Source: an uncultured Phycisphaerales bacterium
Lineage (GTDB): Bacteria > Planctomycetota > Phycisphaerae > Phycisphaerales > SM1A02
Direction: 5' to 3'
Assembly (NCBI GenBank): GCA_938084645.1
Contig: CALKEP010000003.1
Coordinates: forward strand, 1 to 37,559
Length of the DNA: 37,559 bases
Below the pieces are notes generated by a model. That model saw only the letters and a program-made list of their open reading frames with translations, had not been told where the DNA came from and searched no databases. The position numbers were made by a program, and so were the translations under genes. Below, in pieces: positions 36,345 through 37,559 of the stretch (position 1 is its first letter; each line of letters begins with the position of its first letter).

Positions 36345-36413
36345 GTGGGGGAGTATGACGAAGTCGGCGACCTTCGTCGTCGATGGTGAATCAGCGGCCG
36401 GGAGTCGCCGAAC

Positions 36414-36818
36414 TCAACGGACCATGACGACGACCCGTCGGGTCGAGGGGCGATCGCGGAACTCGCAGAGGTACACGCCCTGCCATGTGCCCAGGGCGAG
36501 TCGACCATCGACGACCGGGATCGACACGGCAGTCCCGGTCAGGATCGCCTTCAGGTGACTGGGCATGTCGTCAGGGCCTTCATCGACGTGCGTGTACCAC
36601 GATTCGCCTTCGGGCGCGATTCGATCGAACCACGCCTCGATGTCGCGCCGGGCCGACGGATCCGCGTTCTCCTGGATGCAGACGCCCGCGGAAGTGTGCT
36701 TGACGAAGACGGTGCAGAGCGCTTCGTCGAGGCCGGCGTCGTGGACGACGTCCACGACCATCGACGTGATCTCGTGCAGCCCGCGGCGGTGCCCGGTGAC
36801 TTCGATGGTCCGGTTCAC
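36414..36818 (-). CDS. yjbQ: YjbQ/UPF0047 family protein (secondary thiamine-phosphate synthase enzyme)
   Basis: HTSAGVCIQENADP, HVDEGPDDMPSHLK, LGTWQGVYLCEFR; GTG 36818 overlaps the upstream stop (alternative ATG 36848). Confidence 0.92.
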   Translation of the reverse strand: MNRTIEVTGHRRGLHEITSMVVDVVHDAGLDEALCTVFVKHTSAGVCIQENADPSARRDIEAWFDRIAPEGESWYTHVDEGPDDMPSHLKAILTGTAVSIPVVDGRLALGTWQGVYLCEFRDRPSTRRVVVMVR

Positions 36819-37408
36819 GCGGTCGACTCCGGCCCCGGTGCGTTCCATCGGATGACGGTGCGGTATTCGTGCTCGAAGCCGAGCACGCAGTAGGTCCCGG
36901 TGCCGAGGTCGAACATGCGACCGTCCTCGGGCGGCAGGCCCAGCCAGGTCGCGGCGAGCACGCGGAGATAGTGACCGTGGGCGACCAGGGCGACGTCGCC
37001 GGTCGTGGCGAGGGCCCGGTCGATCACGTGTTGCGCCCGGGCCGCCACCTCCGTGCCGGTCTCACCGTTCGGACAGGGATGCGACCAGACCGTCCAGCCC
37101 GGGACCGTCTCACGGATGACCTTCGTGGTGATGCCTTCGTAGTCGCCGTAGTTCCACTCGTGGAGATCGGCGTCGATCACGGCGGCGTCGCCGAGGCCGA
37201 GCAGTTCCGCGGTCCGTCGCGCTCGCTGGAGTGGGCTGCAGAGCACGAGGTCGAAATGGTGGGCGTCGACGACGGGCCGAAGGCGTCGGGCCACGTCTTC
37301 GCCCTCGGGGAGCAGCGGAAGATCGGTGACGCCGGTGTGGCGGCCGTTCTTCGACCATTCGGTCGCGGCGTGCCGGAGGAGCCAGATCTGTTTCTTGGAT
37401 TCGGACAT
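36815..37408 (-). CDS. Histidine phosphatase family protein (phosphoglycerate mutase-like acid phosphatase)
   Basis: LRHAATEWS (RHG variant), HTGVTDLPL, SPLQRA, EWNYGDYEG, VAHGHYLR; start ATG 37408. Confidence 0.92.
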   Translation of the reverse strand: MSESKKQIWLLRHAATEWSKNGRHTGVTDLPLLPEGEDVARRLRPVVDAHHFDLVLCSPLQRARRTAELLGLGDAAVIDADLHEWNYGDYEGITTKVIRETVPGWTVWSHPCPNGETGTEVAARAQHVIDRALATTGDVALVAHGHYLRVLAATWLGLPPEDGRMFDLGTGTYCVLGFEHEYRTVIRWNAPGPESTA

Positions 37409-37425
37409 GTCCTGACTTCCGTTCC

Positions 37426-37559
37426 TCATTCGGTGTCCGTCGAGGCGACGAGATTCGACGCATCGAGCCGTCCCTCGGCGTACAGGTCGAGCAGTTCCGC
37501 GGGCACCCCCACGTCGAGGCCGGCGCGATCGTACAGGCGGACGACCTGACGGCGGACCT
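37426..37559 (-). CDS. 3' end of a CDS that begins beyond the window (product not identifiable)
   Basis: Minus-strand frame ...VRRQVVRLYDRAGLDVGVPAELLDLYAEGRLDASNLVASTDTE* with typical codon usage, ending just before the phosphatase start. Confidence 0.55.
   Translation of the reverse strand, partial: VRRQVVRLYDRAGLDVGVPAELLDLYAEGRLDASNLVASTDTE

Noticed and set aside
1..37559. CRISPR arrays, tRNA/rRNA genes, prophage, integron or defence-system genes
   Set aside because: No regularly spaced direct repeats, cloverleaf or rRNA signatures, or integrase, transposase or nuclease motifs were seen by eye; covariance-model searches were not run

Overview
A GC-rich, densely coding bacterial chromosomal segment with about 35 CDSs. 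I saw no rRNA, tRNA, CRISPR array, integrase or transposase. Lineage-typical families (TIGR02999-type ECF sigma factor plus Ser/Thr kinase, DxNxDGxVNGADLGxLLGxWG dockerin-like module, CxxCGYDLxG...CxECG zinc ribbon) suggest Planctomycetota, probably Phycisphaerales (inference). Gene order: trpD (5'-partial), comEC, PilZ protein, acidic membrane-anchored hypothetical, cupin, lmo0937-like peptide, a full-length plus truncated aldehyde dehydrogenase pair, ROK/polyphosphate-glucokinase-like kinase, non-RD Ser/Thr kinase, deoC, three small exported or membrane hypotheticals (two appear paralogous), a multimodular AA10 lytic polysaccharide monooxygenase, YtnP-like MBL hydrolase, ECF sigma plus WD40 kinase, metC, a small membrane protein, 2-oxoacid dehydrogenase E1a/E1b/E2, ggt, GDPD, GT2, and a probable branched-chain amino acid/acyl-CoA catabolic block (Leu/Phe/Val dehydrogenase, acyl-CoA dehydrogenase, three crotonases), plus a metallophosphoesterase, a Zn-ribbon membrane protein, yjbQ and a histidine phosphatase. 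The best candidates for new biology are the LPMO-dockerin-like-Cys/Asp repeat-CBM2 protein with its upstream palindrome, the adjacent trio of small exported proteins, the split ALDH16-like pair near deoC, and a recurring leaderless-promoter pattern. All calls come from motif reading by eye; no searches were run.
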